Virus record (IMG/VR): IMGVR_UViG_3300031997_000007
Coordinates: 7,958-71,957 of that record
Length of the DNA stretch: 64,000 nucleotides
From: a virus
Direction: 5' to 3' (one strand)
The position numbers were made by a program, and so were the translations under genes. Positions 40,645 to 49,495 of the stretch are shown in pieces. How positions within the stretch are numbered: the first letter of the stretch is position 1; every line of letters starts with the position of its first letter. Below the pieces are notes generated by a model, which saw nothing but the letters and a program-made list of their open reading frames with translations, was not told the origin of the DNA and made no database searches.

Positions 40645-40716
40645 CAATACCTATTAAATCAATGAGTTAACATATAAGATAATAAGGAACTAGCAATAAC
40701 CTATAAAATTGAAAAC

Positions 40717-40860
40717 ATGGAGGTTTTTTCTGTTTTTTCTATGAACGGCTTTAATGAAGCATGGGAACGAATTACTACTTTATGTGAGATGGCTGCTTTA
40801 TTAAATAAACCAAAAGAAAAAATTGAAATACCAGCACCTGTAAATCCATTAAAATTTTAG
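40717..40860 (+). CDS. Small hypothetical ORF (47 aa; frame also open from ATA at 40696)
   Basis: MEVFSVFSMNGFNEAWERITTLCEMAALLNKPKEKIEIPAPVNPLKF. Confidence 0.4.
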   Translation: MEVFSVFSMNGFNEAWERITTLCEMAALLNKPKEKIEIPAPVNPLKF

Positions 40861-40873
40861 TTAATTATAATTG

Positions 40874-40902
40874 TTGATTAATTCTACAAAATATTATATA
40901 AT
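40874..40902 (+). promoter_or_regulatory. Sigma70-type promoter TTGATT-N17-TATAAT
   Basis: Near-consensus hexamers with 17-nt spacing. Confidence 0.7.
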
Positions 40903-40932
40903 ATGATTTTATTAATAATTTAGAGGACAACA

Positions 40933-41274
40933 ATGACTATTCATGTAAAAAATATTAAAATTTTAAAAGGATATTTTGATAAAGTTGTGGAAAGAACACA
41001 GTGTCATGCAGGGAATGTTGGTCAAGTAATTTTTCCCTTATTAGGATTTATTGTTAATAAAATGGATGAAAATTCTGATATTCAAGTTAGAGGAAATGAT
41101 GCAACTGGTAACATTCTTTGGATCTTTATAGGTGGTACTAGATATGCGTTTCGTTATGAGCATAGCGATGAAACTATTGAAATTAGAGAAAATAGCTATA
41201 TGGGACCACTTATTGCAAAAGTTGATAATAGTACCACAACTTCAAAACTTGAAACTATATTTGCAAATTTGTAA
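40933..41274 (+). CDS. Integron cassette protein VCH_CASS14-like
   Basis: HAGNV...NILWIFIGGTRYAFRYEH...IEIRE pattern recognised from memory of the family. Confidence 0.65.
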   Translation: MTIHVKNIKILKGYFDKVVERTQCHAGNVGQVIFPLLGFIVNKMDENSDIQVRGNDATGNILWIFIGGTRYAFRYEHSDETIEIRENSYMGPLIAKVDNSTTTSKLETIFANL

Positions 41275-41480
41275 TATATAAAAATATTATATAATTAAAT
41301 TTTATATAAGTGAATAATATATTTTAATATATCATATTCAACTAAATTCATACACAGATGCATTGTTCTTTATTATCTTACGTCCAGTTATACATGCACT
41401 TAGTATAACGCAGCAACACGGTTATCTTCAAAATTACGTATTATTTACTAAATAATATTACAATAATAAGGAGTAAGATA

Positions 41481-42050
41481 ATGCAAACGTATCATTATGC
41501 ACAAGCCAGAGAATTAATTAAAGATGGGGATATTATTTTCTTCAAAAATAAACCAAATATATCTTCAAAACTAATTGAAGCCATAACTGATTCACCGTTT
41601 TCTCATGTGGCTATAGCTTTTTGGGTTGAAGTGGCTTGTAAAAATATACATAAAACAAAACGATTAATGATCGTTGAAGCTACTGGTCATACTAATAATA
41701 GAGATATTGTAAACTTATCAAATGAATGTATTTATGATATGATAGTATTATCTCCACCACTGAAATGGATTGATATTAGTGAAAATGCACTTGATAGAGT
41801 TGGACTAGTACCTTACGGATGGACCGATGGTGCATTAATTGGAATTCAATCTTTAATATATAGAGGATTTGGTAAAAAAATAAATATTGGTGGTGGGCGA
41901 GGTGAATATTGTTCAGAATTTGTTGCTAAAGCTTACAAATTACCAAACACAGAAATAACCCCACACGAATTATATGATACTTTGATATCACAATATAAAT
42001 GCGAGGTTAGATTTGAAATTGTACCACTATCTACCGATATAATTGTTTGA
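41481..42050 (+). CDS. Permuted papain-like amidase (YaeF/YiiX, peptidase C92)
   Basis: DGDIIFF, FSHVAI, YCSEFVAKAY and ITPHEL. Confidence 0.85.
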   Translation: MQTYHYAQARELIKDGDIIFFKNKPNISSKLIEAITDSPFSHVAIAFWVEVACKNIHKTKRLMIVEATGHTNNRDIVNLSNECIYDMIVLSPPLKWIDISENALDRVGLVPYGWTDGALIGIQSLIYRGFGKKINIGGGRGEYCSEFVAKAYKLPNTEITPHELYDTLISQYKCEVRFEIVPLSTDIIV

Positions 42051-42482
42051 TTATTTAATAGCTACCGGTTTTGTTGTTTTTGCAAGTGATTCAAAAGATT
42101 GACTTGTAGTTGGTGTTTGAATTTGTTGTTGCATTGGTGCACCTTTTTGTCCACCACCAAATGGTAGCATTTGTCCGCTAGCGGTACGTAATTTTGCTAA
42201 TTGATTAAAATACAATAAAGCATTCATTCCATTCCCTAAAGTATGTTGTTCTAACATAGACCAAAGTTCTGTATATAACGCTGCGCTTTTGTGTAATAAT
42301 ATATTGCGCAGACGTTGTTTATCGATATTATCAAGTGATGATAGTGCGAAAAAATAAGTATCTCCATTTGGAAACTTCTTTAAAATAGCGCATTCAATCA
42401 TCACACCGTTGTTTTCTAAATCCATCCATTCAAGGAATCTGTAATTACCTGGTGTTGATTGGTTTTGTGTATTTGGCTCCAT
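42051..42482 (-). CDS. Conserved hypothetical phage protein
   Basis: AGGAGG before MEPNT; TLGNGMNALLYFNQL. Confidence 0.7.
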   Translation of the reverse strand: MEPNTQNQSTPGNYRFLEWMDLENNGVMIECAILKKFPNGDTYFFALSSLDNIDKQRLRNILLHKSAALYTELWSMLEQHTLGNGMNALLYFNQLAKLRTASGQMLPFGGGQKGAPMQQQIQTPTTSQSFESLAKTTKPVAIK

Positions 42483-42591
42483 ATATCCTCCTAAAGAATA
42501 ATTATTGTTATATAAGCTCACCACTATTTATTACATAAAAAACAAGGGTATCTTATAAATACAAATACAACAATCATTGGAGGTAAACATT

Positions 42592-42939
42592 ATGAGTGCA
42601 TTATTAATAGCACATAGTAATGAAATTTTATTCGCAGTAGCTACAATAGTAGGTCTCGTGAGTCATTATATAAAAAAACGTCTTAAAAATGAAACCGCTG
42701 TACCTATTCATGAATGGTTTGGATCATCAAATTGGCCAGGATCATTGACATCAATAGGTACGACTATAGCTATTATAGTTACTGCTTTAGCAAATGGTGT
42801 AATTGTTGAAGGAATGACATTTTGGAGTGTAATCTATACTGGATTTCTTACTGGGTACGCTATTGATAGTTCAACTAATACAGACCAAGCTTCAGTAGAT
42901 CGTAGTATAGTAATTAAAGAAGAAAAATTAAACAATTAA
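42592..42939 (+). CDS. Small 3-TM membrane protein, holin candidate
   Basis: Hydrophobic segments and charged C-tail; TATAAATA at 42554-42561. Confidence 0.55.
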   Translation: MSALLIAHSNEILFAVATIVGLVSHYIKKRLKNETAVPIHEWFGSSNWPGSLTSIGTTIAIIVTALANGVIVEGMTFWSVIYTGFLTGYAIDSSTNTDQASVDRSIVIKEEKLNN

Positions 42940-42940
42940 T

Positions 42941-43906
42941 TTACCTACTCAACATTGGAATGAATTGATCGAGACTTTTACTTACATTTTTTAATTCATA
43001 TTTACCTAAAAATTTTAAAAAATGAAAATGACTGTATTTACCTCGATTGTTCATTTCGTGATTAATTGATTCCCATATTAAATCTTGAATATGATCGGGT
43101 TGATGGGTTAAATTAGTTAATAATATATTTTCTTTAACTAATGTACCAACACTCATTACTTTTTCATCTTCATTTACCCAAGTTCGTTGCATTAAATTAG
43201 TGTGTGCATAATCATCAGAGTACGCTTCAAATATTTTCTTCTTACGGAATCTAGGCAATGCTGATTGTATATTATCACCAGTATCACCTGTTAATGATTT
43301 CTCATATAAAAAATAATCAACATCATAATTCCATTTTTCTAATGTACGATCTTTACCAGTTGCAGGATCAATTAACCGTACATTCTTATAACGTAATAGT
43401 TGTAATAAGTCCTTATCAGCACTTACAACAACTACATTATGAGATGTATCGTTAAAATCATCGATGTTATATGTTGTTTTATTATTAGTACCTGCATCAT
43501 CACCTCCGTATATGTAACATAATCCAGCAATTAGATCATCTGCTTCTAATTTATCTTTTGCAAGACACACAATTGCAGTATGCGTACGAATTAAGTCTTC
43601 AAAATCCATAATAAATTGTTTAAATAACTCATACATCTTAGTTTGTTTTTGAGTCATAACTAATCTACGAGTACCTTTATATAATCTACCCGAATAACAT
43701 TCAGGTGATTTTGTATAATCAACTCGCCAATTAGCTCTATCAAACACACAAATAAGTCGATCAGGTTTATGTAATTTATAATATTTGTTTAATGTAGTAA
43801 ATGTTGCATGAAATGCTAATTTGACTAACATATCTAGATCTTCAGTCTGATGTACGTAGAACGTCTTGTGCAAAATATTATGTGCATCTACAATTAAAAA
43901 TTTCAT
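42941..43906 (-). CDS. rnh: T4-type RNase H / 5'-3' flap exonuclease
   Basis: LIVDAHN, YKGTR, LEADDLI, VSADKDLLQL and GDTGDNI. Confidence 0.92.
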   Translation of the reverse strand: MKFLIVDAHNILHKTFYVHQTEDLDMLVKLAFHATFTTLNKYYKLHKPDRLICVFDRANWRVDYTKSPECYSGRLYKGTRRLVMTQKQTKMYELFKQFIMDFEDLIRTHTAIVCLAKDKLEADDLIAGLCYIYGGDDAGTNNKTTYNIDDFNDTSHNVVVVSADKDLLQLLRYKNVRLIDPATGKDRTLEKWNYDVDYFLYEKSLTGDTGDNIQSALPRFRKKKIFEAYSDDYAHTNLMQRTWVNEDEKVMSVGTLVKENILLTNLTHQPDHIQDLIWESINHEMNNRGKYSHFHFLKFLGKYELKNVSKSLDQFIPMLSR

Positions 43907-43945
43907 TGGCTAAATTTCCTTATATGTGGTATAATTAAAATATTC

Positions 43946-43974
43946 ATTATATATTATAAAGCACAAAATGTCAA
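43946..43974 (-). promoter_or_regulatory. Perfect sigma70 promoter TTGACA-N17-TATAAT
   Basis: Exact consensus upstream of rnh. Confidence 0.85.
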
Positions 43975-43986
43975 GAAAATTAACAA

Positions 43987-44352
43987 ATGAGCAAATTGAT
44001 CAAAAACTTGTCACCTTGTTATATTAAAAAGGGGTATAATTTATCTCATATAACAACACTATACGTATTACACTTTATAAACGATACAGAATCCTTTATA
44101 AAAGTAGGTATAACCATTCACAACATTAAAAAACGATTTCAAGATAAATCATATAAAAAATATAATATTAATACACTTGCTGAATATCGCTTGACGCTTG
44201 AACGATGTGTTAATATCGAACAACATATTAAATACTCATTTCGAGAGAATCAATACATCCCATTACCTGGGTTTGCTGGCCGTACTGAATGTTTTGCATT
44301 CACAGATAATCTTGTATCAAATATTACACAATCAATAGAACACTATTCATAA
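43987..44352 (+). CDS. GIY-YIG-like (T5orf172/MUG113-type) nuclease domain protein
   Basis: LYVL...FIKVGIT...KRF...EQ...GRTECF. Confidence 0.7.
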   Translation: MSKLIKNLSPCYIKKGYNLSHITTLYVLHFINDTESFIKVGITIHNIKKRFQDKSYKKYNINTLAEYRLTLERCVNIEQHIKYSFRENQYIPLPGFAGRTECFAFTDNLVSNITQSIEHYS

Positions 44353-44627
44353 TCACTATTCATATTAATGCGAGCTTGAAGTCTTCTTTGCATATCCAAA
44401 TAAAGATCTCCTAACCAATGTTGTATTATTGCTTCATCAGATGTACCATGATACCCATTTGATTTTAAATAGGTGATAAATTCATCATTCCAATCTAAAG
44501 TAAGTTCAACACCTTTTTCCGGATCAATACGTTCACCCAATATTTGTATTAGTGGTTCAACTTCTTTAGTTGAAGGTAATGCGCCCACTGTAGTTTTCTT
44601 CTTAAATAATTTTGTAAACCAATTCAT
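44343..44627 (-). CDS. Conserved hypothetical phage protein
   Basis: LDWNDEFITYLKSNGYHGTSDEAIIQHW. Confidence 0.7.
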   Translation of the reverse strand: MNWFTKLFKKKTTVGALPSTKEVEPLIQILGERIDPEKGVELTLDWNDEFITYLKSNGYHGTSDEAIIQHWLGDLYLDMQRRLQARINMNSDYE

Positions 44628-44637
44628 TAATGTACCT

Positions 44638-45342
44638 TTATTGTTTTGATATAATGTATACATTTATCCCATTAACATCAGCGTTGAACATTCCTTTATT
44701 AGTTATATAAAAATTACCTGTATTATTATGTTTAATTGCTAACATAATAAGTTTAACTGAATATTTATGTCTAAAATTAACAAAATTATCATTTACTAGA
44801 TTTACAGCTTTTAAAGTCGATTCGTATTGAAAAACATCATTATTTGAATCAACAAATTCATATGTTACAACATCATCGTTACAAGATATATTCATAGTTT
44901 CAGCTCGCATAGCTGAATCGGCTTTGATAAAAAGATTAGCAATATCTTCACTTATTTCAAGTTTATATTTTCTAGTATCTTCTATTGTTTTAGGTGCTTG
45001 AATAGCTTTTATCCTAGCACATTTATATTCAACTTTAACTCTATCCGCTTTGATTACTAATGATCTTGCCTCATTTATTTTTTCATCAATAATGCAATCA
45101 ACACTAAAATTCTCTATAGAATTAAATACAGTTAACCTATTAACTAAAATATCTAACCGATTAATCCCGATTGAATAGTTAATATCAAAGGTTATATTAT
45201 TATCAAAAATAGCAACTGATCTTGTTTCGTCTATACCTCTAATTATATTCGGTTCCAATATAAATGATTCAATACCAAATAACTTTGCTGTCTTAACTGC
45301 TTGGATTATTTGATGAATTATATCTTTCGTTAAAACAGTCAT
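44638..45342 (-). CDS. Putative sliding clamp (gp45-like)
   Basis: Size, alternating beta/alpha pattern and position directly after PolB. Confidence 0.6.
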   Translation of the reverse strand: MTVLTKDIIHQIIQAVKTAKLFGIESFILEPNIIRGIDETRSVAIFDNNITFDINYSIGINRLDILVNRLTVFNSIENFSVDCIIDEKINEARSLVIKADRVKVEYKCARIKAIQAPKTIEDTRKYKLEISEDIANLFIKADSAMRAETMNISCNDDVVTYEFVDSNNDVFQYESTLKAVNLVNDNFVNFRHKYSVKLIMLAIKHNNTGNFYITNKGMFNADVNGINVYIISKQ

Positions 45343-45350
45343 AGTTGTCC

Positions 45351-48300
45351 CTAAAATGTAAATAATTCTTTTACGTGAAATAGTTGAGCTGTTGGTACTT
45401 CTTCGTTAATAGCGTTAAGTATATGTTCTAACGGTTTATCAACTAAACGATACAGTTGTGCATCCCTATCGAGTATAGGTAAAAAGTATTCATAAAACCA
45501 AGATGGTACAGTATCAATATCTGTTGGTAATGCAATTGATTTAAACTTTCCAAATTTTGATTTAAGATAAAATACTTTTAACTTAGTTCCTGAAGTTATT
45601 ACTGGAGATTCATGATCTTCATGTTCTTTAAGCTGAATATTATAATATATAGCTGCAGCAACGTGACCGGGTAGTCTACAAGTACGATCGCGCTCATAAG
45701 ACACTGTATAATTCTCAACATTATTAACTCCTTTTGGTAACCCTATAGATAAAATATCTTGGGTGTTTATTAATTCTTTTTTATATGCAACCACTTCTGC
45801 TGCAATAGAATCCCAAGTTGCCCCTTTCAATAAACGTTCAATAAATTTTGTTAATGTTTGTTGAACTGGCTTTGGCAATGTGGTTTTCTTTAATTCTAAT
45901 CCCATTATTTTTAACTTATCAACAGCATGACCTTCACTATCGATAATATGTAACATGTATCGTTTTTTATCAACAAATATACCACGATCACTAACAATTT
46001 CTCTTGCAGTTTTTATCTTTTGATCATATCCCGGTTGACATAAAAACGCTTCTCTCATAAATGCTGGGAAAGATTTGTTTACAACCTCCGCTACCGCATC
46101 CGCAGTTTTTATTGCTTCTTCAGAGTTTTGTGTATACGTTTTATAATAACATGAATCTGTATTATGTACTAAAATATTATTAGCAAAAAATGTATGAGTG
46201 TCTTCAACTTCAATATCATAAACGTAATCATCATATTCAAGTTTTTCAATTTTTGTAATACGACATAAACTAATACCATAATCAAGAACCATTTTAGTTG
46301 CATTACCACGTTTTTTAATAATACAGTTTTGTTTTCTTGTTAATATAAATCCAATCTTTTCTCTAAATCCATAACCATCTTTAATGTTTAAATGATAACT
46401 ATATGTTCCTGTACTTATATTTTTATATAAATTAGGTGTTGTTTCTTGAAAATAATTTGACGGTATACCACAATAAAATAATAATTGCTGTACACCAATA
46501 ATATTTTCATATGTAATAGAACATAATGATACTTTACCTTTAATTGAAGTAGATCCATCTGCACTAAAATACCCACTTAAAAAATACCCAATATGCTCTT
46601 CTGTCTCTTGAAATATAAATTTTGGAATTCTTTTTATACCTGTTTCATATAATGTAGATCTAAGTAAATAATATAATTTAGACCCACATATTCTAACATC
46701 ATGAGTATTAGATTGTTCTTTAAATGAAGTAATCCATTTTTGTTTAATTAATGGTAATAATAATTTTTCAATAACTTCTTCTTTATCTTGATTTCCTATA
46801 CTTAATCCTATATTACCTTGAACTGTTTTTGCAACATAACCATCACCTAATACATACCCCATTATTTGATATATTTCTTTTGTATAATTTAAATCATTAA
46901 TATTAATTCTTGGAATTCGCTTTAGAAATATTAAACTATTAGCAATTATACCGATTTCTTCAGGCTTAACGTTAATTAATCTTGTTTCTCCTGGTTTCCA
47001 TACATTAGTGTTTCTATAACCAATTAATGAGTGGTCTTCAGTTACATCAATAAAATTTGTATTTGATATACATACTCTATACATTTGTTTAGCTGTTTTA
47101 TGTCTCATTACATACTTTACAGATTTATAACATGAATCTTGTAATACTTCATCATATGTTAGTACTTGTAAATTACTAGGATGATAATATTCTTTATTGT
47201 TAATAATTATTTCAGTTTCATTAAACAAATTACATATATTACATAATCCTATGTTTGTATATATTTTAGAATCATGTGCCACAGAGTCTCCGTATACTAT
47301 TGATTCTGAAGGAAATTCTCCTTTAAACACTGGCCCGTGTAGTGCTAAATCAGGAGAACATCCATGCTCAATACACTCTTTAACTGTTTCATATAATGGA
47401 AAATTTGTATTATATGGACCACCTAATAATTCTGATACTTTACGGCATTGATGTCGTAAAATCATTCTACCAGTTCCAGTTACAGATTCACCTGCTTCTA
47501 ATTTAAAAAATCTAAAATTATAATTGGTGAGTGCTCCATATGTACTATTTAACCGTATCTTTGTAACAAATTGTAATCGATCATAATAATTTGATTTTTC
47601 AATTAATCCATCATATTGTGTAGGATTCGCACTTGCTTCATCATGATATTGTAATTTTAATTTTTGAAATTCCTTTCGTTCAACATACCAATTACTTAAT
47701 ATTGTTGGAATAATACCCGGGTTAGTTTGATCATACACTGTTCCATATCCACTAACTGCCCATTTTTTATTCAACATATAACCAACCCATTCAGAGGTTG
47801 TTTTACTTATAGTACTACCATCTGCTAGAAATAATGTTAATTCTTCTTCTCTACGTGCATATAATGTTTCCCAATCATTAATATTATTCTCAAATTGTCC
47901 AATATATGTTTCTGGGCTAATATTTATCGCAATAATGGCTGATGGATACAGTGATGAAATATCTATTGATCCAATATGTTCATGCATACCTTGTTGTGGT
48001 AATAATACATATGCACCTTGAATACTACCATCTGCGGTATCCCACCTATCTGGAACTTTAACATTTAAATCATTATGACAATAATTAATAATAGCATAAT
48101 CAACTAACTTAACTGTACCATGAATGTGAGTAAATAACCCACATGATGAATGACACATTTCATTTGCAAGTGCCATATATCCTAATTTATCTTCAAAACC
48201 TTTCAATATTTCAGTATCACGAACATTATATCGAATAAAATGATTAAAATCATTATGATACAAAGACGCTAATGTTCCTGTATACGATAATTTAGGTAAA

Positions 48301-49142
48301 TGTGGTAAAAATTCATCTGCAATTGCCTCCAATTTATAACTTGGACGTTCTTTAAATTCATATTTTTTAAATATTTCTAAATAATCGACAGATACTCTAC
48401 CATATATATCTACAAAACATTGAGTTCGATTTCGTACAAGTGTTTCACGAAATCTAGGTATAGGTGCATCCGGAAAGGACATCCGTTTTAACGCTCGTGG
48501 GCCTAATATTTGATTAATTCGTTTACAAATATATGGGTCATCGAACCCGTTTGAATTCCAACCCGTGATTAACGTAGTGTCTTCAATAAGATCTAAAAAC
48601 CGTAATAGTAATGATCGTTCATTTTTAAAAAATTCCACTTTCGATAAATCACGTAATGATTCATCAAAATCATTCATATCAAAACCCGGCGGGGGTACTG
48701 CAAGTACATATGATTCTCCCAACCAGTAATGATGTAATGATATTGCATTTACAGGTGCGTATGGATTTAATGGTGATGAAAATCCGATTAATGGATTATA
48801 ATCAACCTCAATATCATACATAGTTATATTAAGTTTTGGTGCAGGTTGTTTATAATATAATTTAGATAATACCTTAAATTCAATATCTATATCTGATTCA
48901 TACAACTTAATTCGTTTTTCATCAATTAAGAATTTTTTTGCTTCTTCAAACTCATAATAAGAATCAAATGAATACTTTTTTAGTTTTTCATTAAAAACAC
49001 TAACATATTCACCGTCTTTATCTGCTATATAAAATTCATAAATACCTGGATATCGTTTACATGTTGTAACGTGATTTTCACTATGCCATACAAGTACTTT
49101 ATTTGTTTTTCTATCTAATTTAGCTGATATATAACTCATCAC
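45351..49142 (-). CDS. gp43: Family B DNA polymerase with intein
   Basis: YDIEVD, WNSNGFDDPY, DISSLYPS, KIRLNSTYG, YGD|TDS and KKRY. Confidence 0.97.
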   Translation of the reverse strand: MMSYISAKLDRKTNKVLVWHSENHVTTCKRYPGIYEFYIADKDGEYVSVFNEKLKKYSFDSYYEFEEAKKFLIDEKRIKLYESDIDIEFKVLSKLYYKQPAPKLNITMYDIEVDYNPLIGFSSPLNPYAPVNAISLHHYWLGESYVLAVPPPGFDMNDFDESLRDLSKVEFFKNERSLLLRFLDLIEDTTLITGWNSNGFDDPYICKRINQILGPRALKRMSFPDAPIPRFRETLVRNRTQCFVDIYGRVSVDYLEIFKKYEFKERPSYKLEAIADEFLPHLPKLSYTGTLASLYHNDFNHFIRYNVRDTEILKGFEDKLGYMALANEMCHSSCGLFTHIHGTVKLVDYAIINYCHNDLNVKVPDRWDTADGSIQGAYVLLPQQGMHEHIGSIDISSLYPSAIIAINISPETYIGQFENNINDWETLYARREEELTLFLADGSTISKTTSEWVGYMLNKKWAVSGYGTVYDQTNPGIIPTILSNWYVERKEFQKLKLQYHDEASANPTQYDGLIEKSNYYDRLQFVTKIRLNSTYGALTNYNFRFFKLEAGESVTGTGRMILRHQCRKVSELLGGPYNTNFPLYETVKECIEHGCSPDLALHGPVFKGEFPSESIVYGDSVAHDSKIYTNIGLCNICNLFNETEIIINNKEYYHPSNLQVLTYDEVLQDSCYKSVKYVMRHKTAKQMYRVCISNTNFIDVTEDHSLIGYRNTNVWKPGETRLINVKPEEIGIIANSLIFLKRIPRININDLNYTKEIYQIMGYVLGDGYVAKTVQGNIGLSIGNQDKEEVIEKLLLPLIKQKWITSFKEQSNTHDVRICGSKLYYLLRSTLYETGIKRIPKFIFQETEEHIGYFLSGYFSADGSTSIKGKVSLCSITYENIIGVQQLLFYCGIPSNYFQETTPNLYKNISTGTYSYHLNIKDGYGFREKIGFILTRKQNCIIKKRGNATKMVLDYGISLCRITKIEKLEYDDYVYDIEVEDTHTFFANNILVHNTDSCYYKTYTQNSEEAIKTADAVAEVVNKSFPAFMREAFLCQPGYDQKIKTAREIVSDRGIFVDKKRYMLHIIDSEGHAVDKLKIMGLELKKTTLPKPVQQTLTKFIERLLKGATWDSIAAEVVAYKKELINTQDILSIGLPKGVNNVENYTVSYERDRTCRLPGHVAAAIYYNIQLKEHEDHESPVITSGTKLKVFYLKSKFGKFKSIALPTDIDTVPSWFYEYFLPILDRDAQLYRLVDKPLEHILNAINEEVPTAQLFHVKELFTF
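46161..47285 (-). mobile_element. Intein (375 aa) with LAGLIDADG endonuclease in the YGDTDS motif
   Basis: YGD|SVAHDS...VTEDHSL...GYVLGDG...FLSGYFSADG...VYDIEV...LVHN|TDS. Confidence 0.95.
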
Positions 49143-49159
49143 AATCCTTGTTATAAATG

Positions 49160-49438
49160 TTATTCGGTACCGATGATTCCCTCATACAATAATTCGAATT
49201 CTTCTTGTTCAGCTTGCATATCTCGGTAAGTATGTTTGTGGTATGCTTTAGCCATTTTGCGGGAGTATTTAGGCGCGATTGCAAAGTCTTCTTTAATTAA
49301 TTCAAAAATATCTTTCATAGCTTCACGTTGATCATCTATACGTTGCATACAGACCGCAGCTTCTTCAATCATACCTTTTAATTTAGCACGATCTGCAGGT
49401 ACAGACGGTAATGTTGCTGATTCAGGTTGAGTTGTCAT
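49160..49438 (-). CDS. dsDNA-binding protein (T4 DsbA-like)
   Basis: Helical 92 aa, RKMAKAYHK...EEFELLYE; promoter TTGATT-N17-TATCAT at 49471-49499. Confidence 0.7.
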   Translation of the reverse strand: MTTQPESATLPSVPADRAKLKGMIEEAAVCMQRIDDQREAMKDIFELIKEDFAIAPKYSRKMAKAYHKHTYRDMQAEQEEFELLYEGIIGTE

Positions 49439-49495
49439 ATCATTTTCCTTTTTATTATATGAAAAATGATATGATATGAGCTAATAATCAATAAA

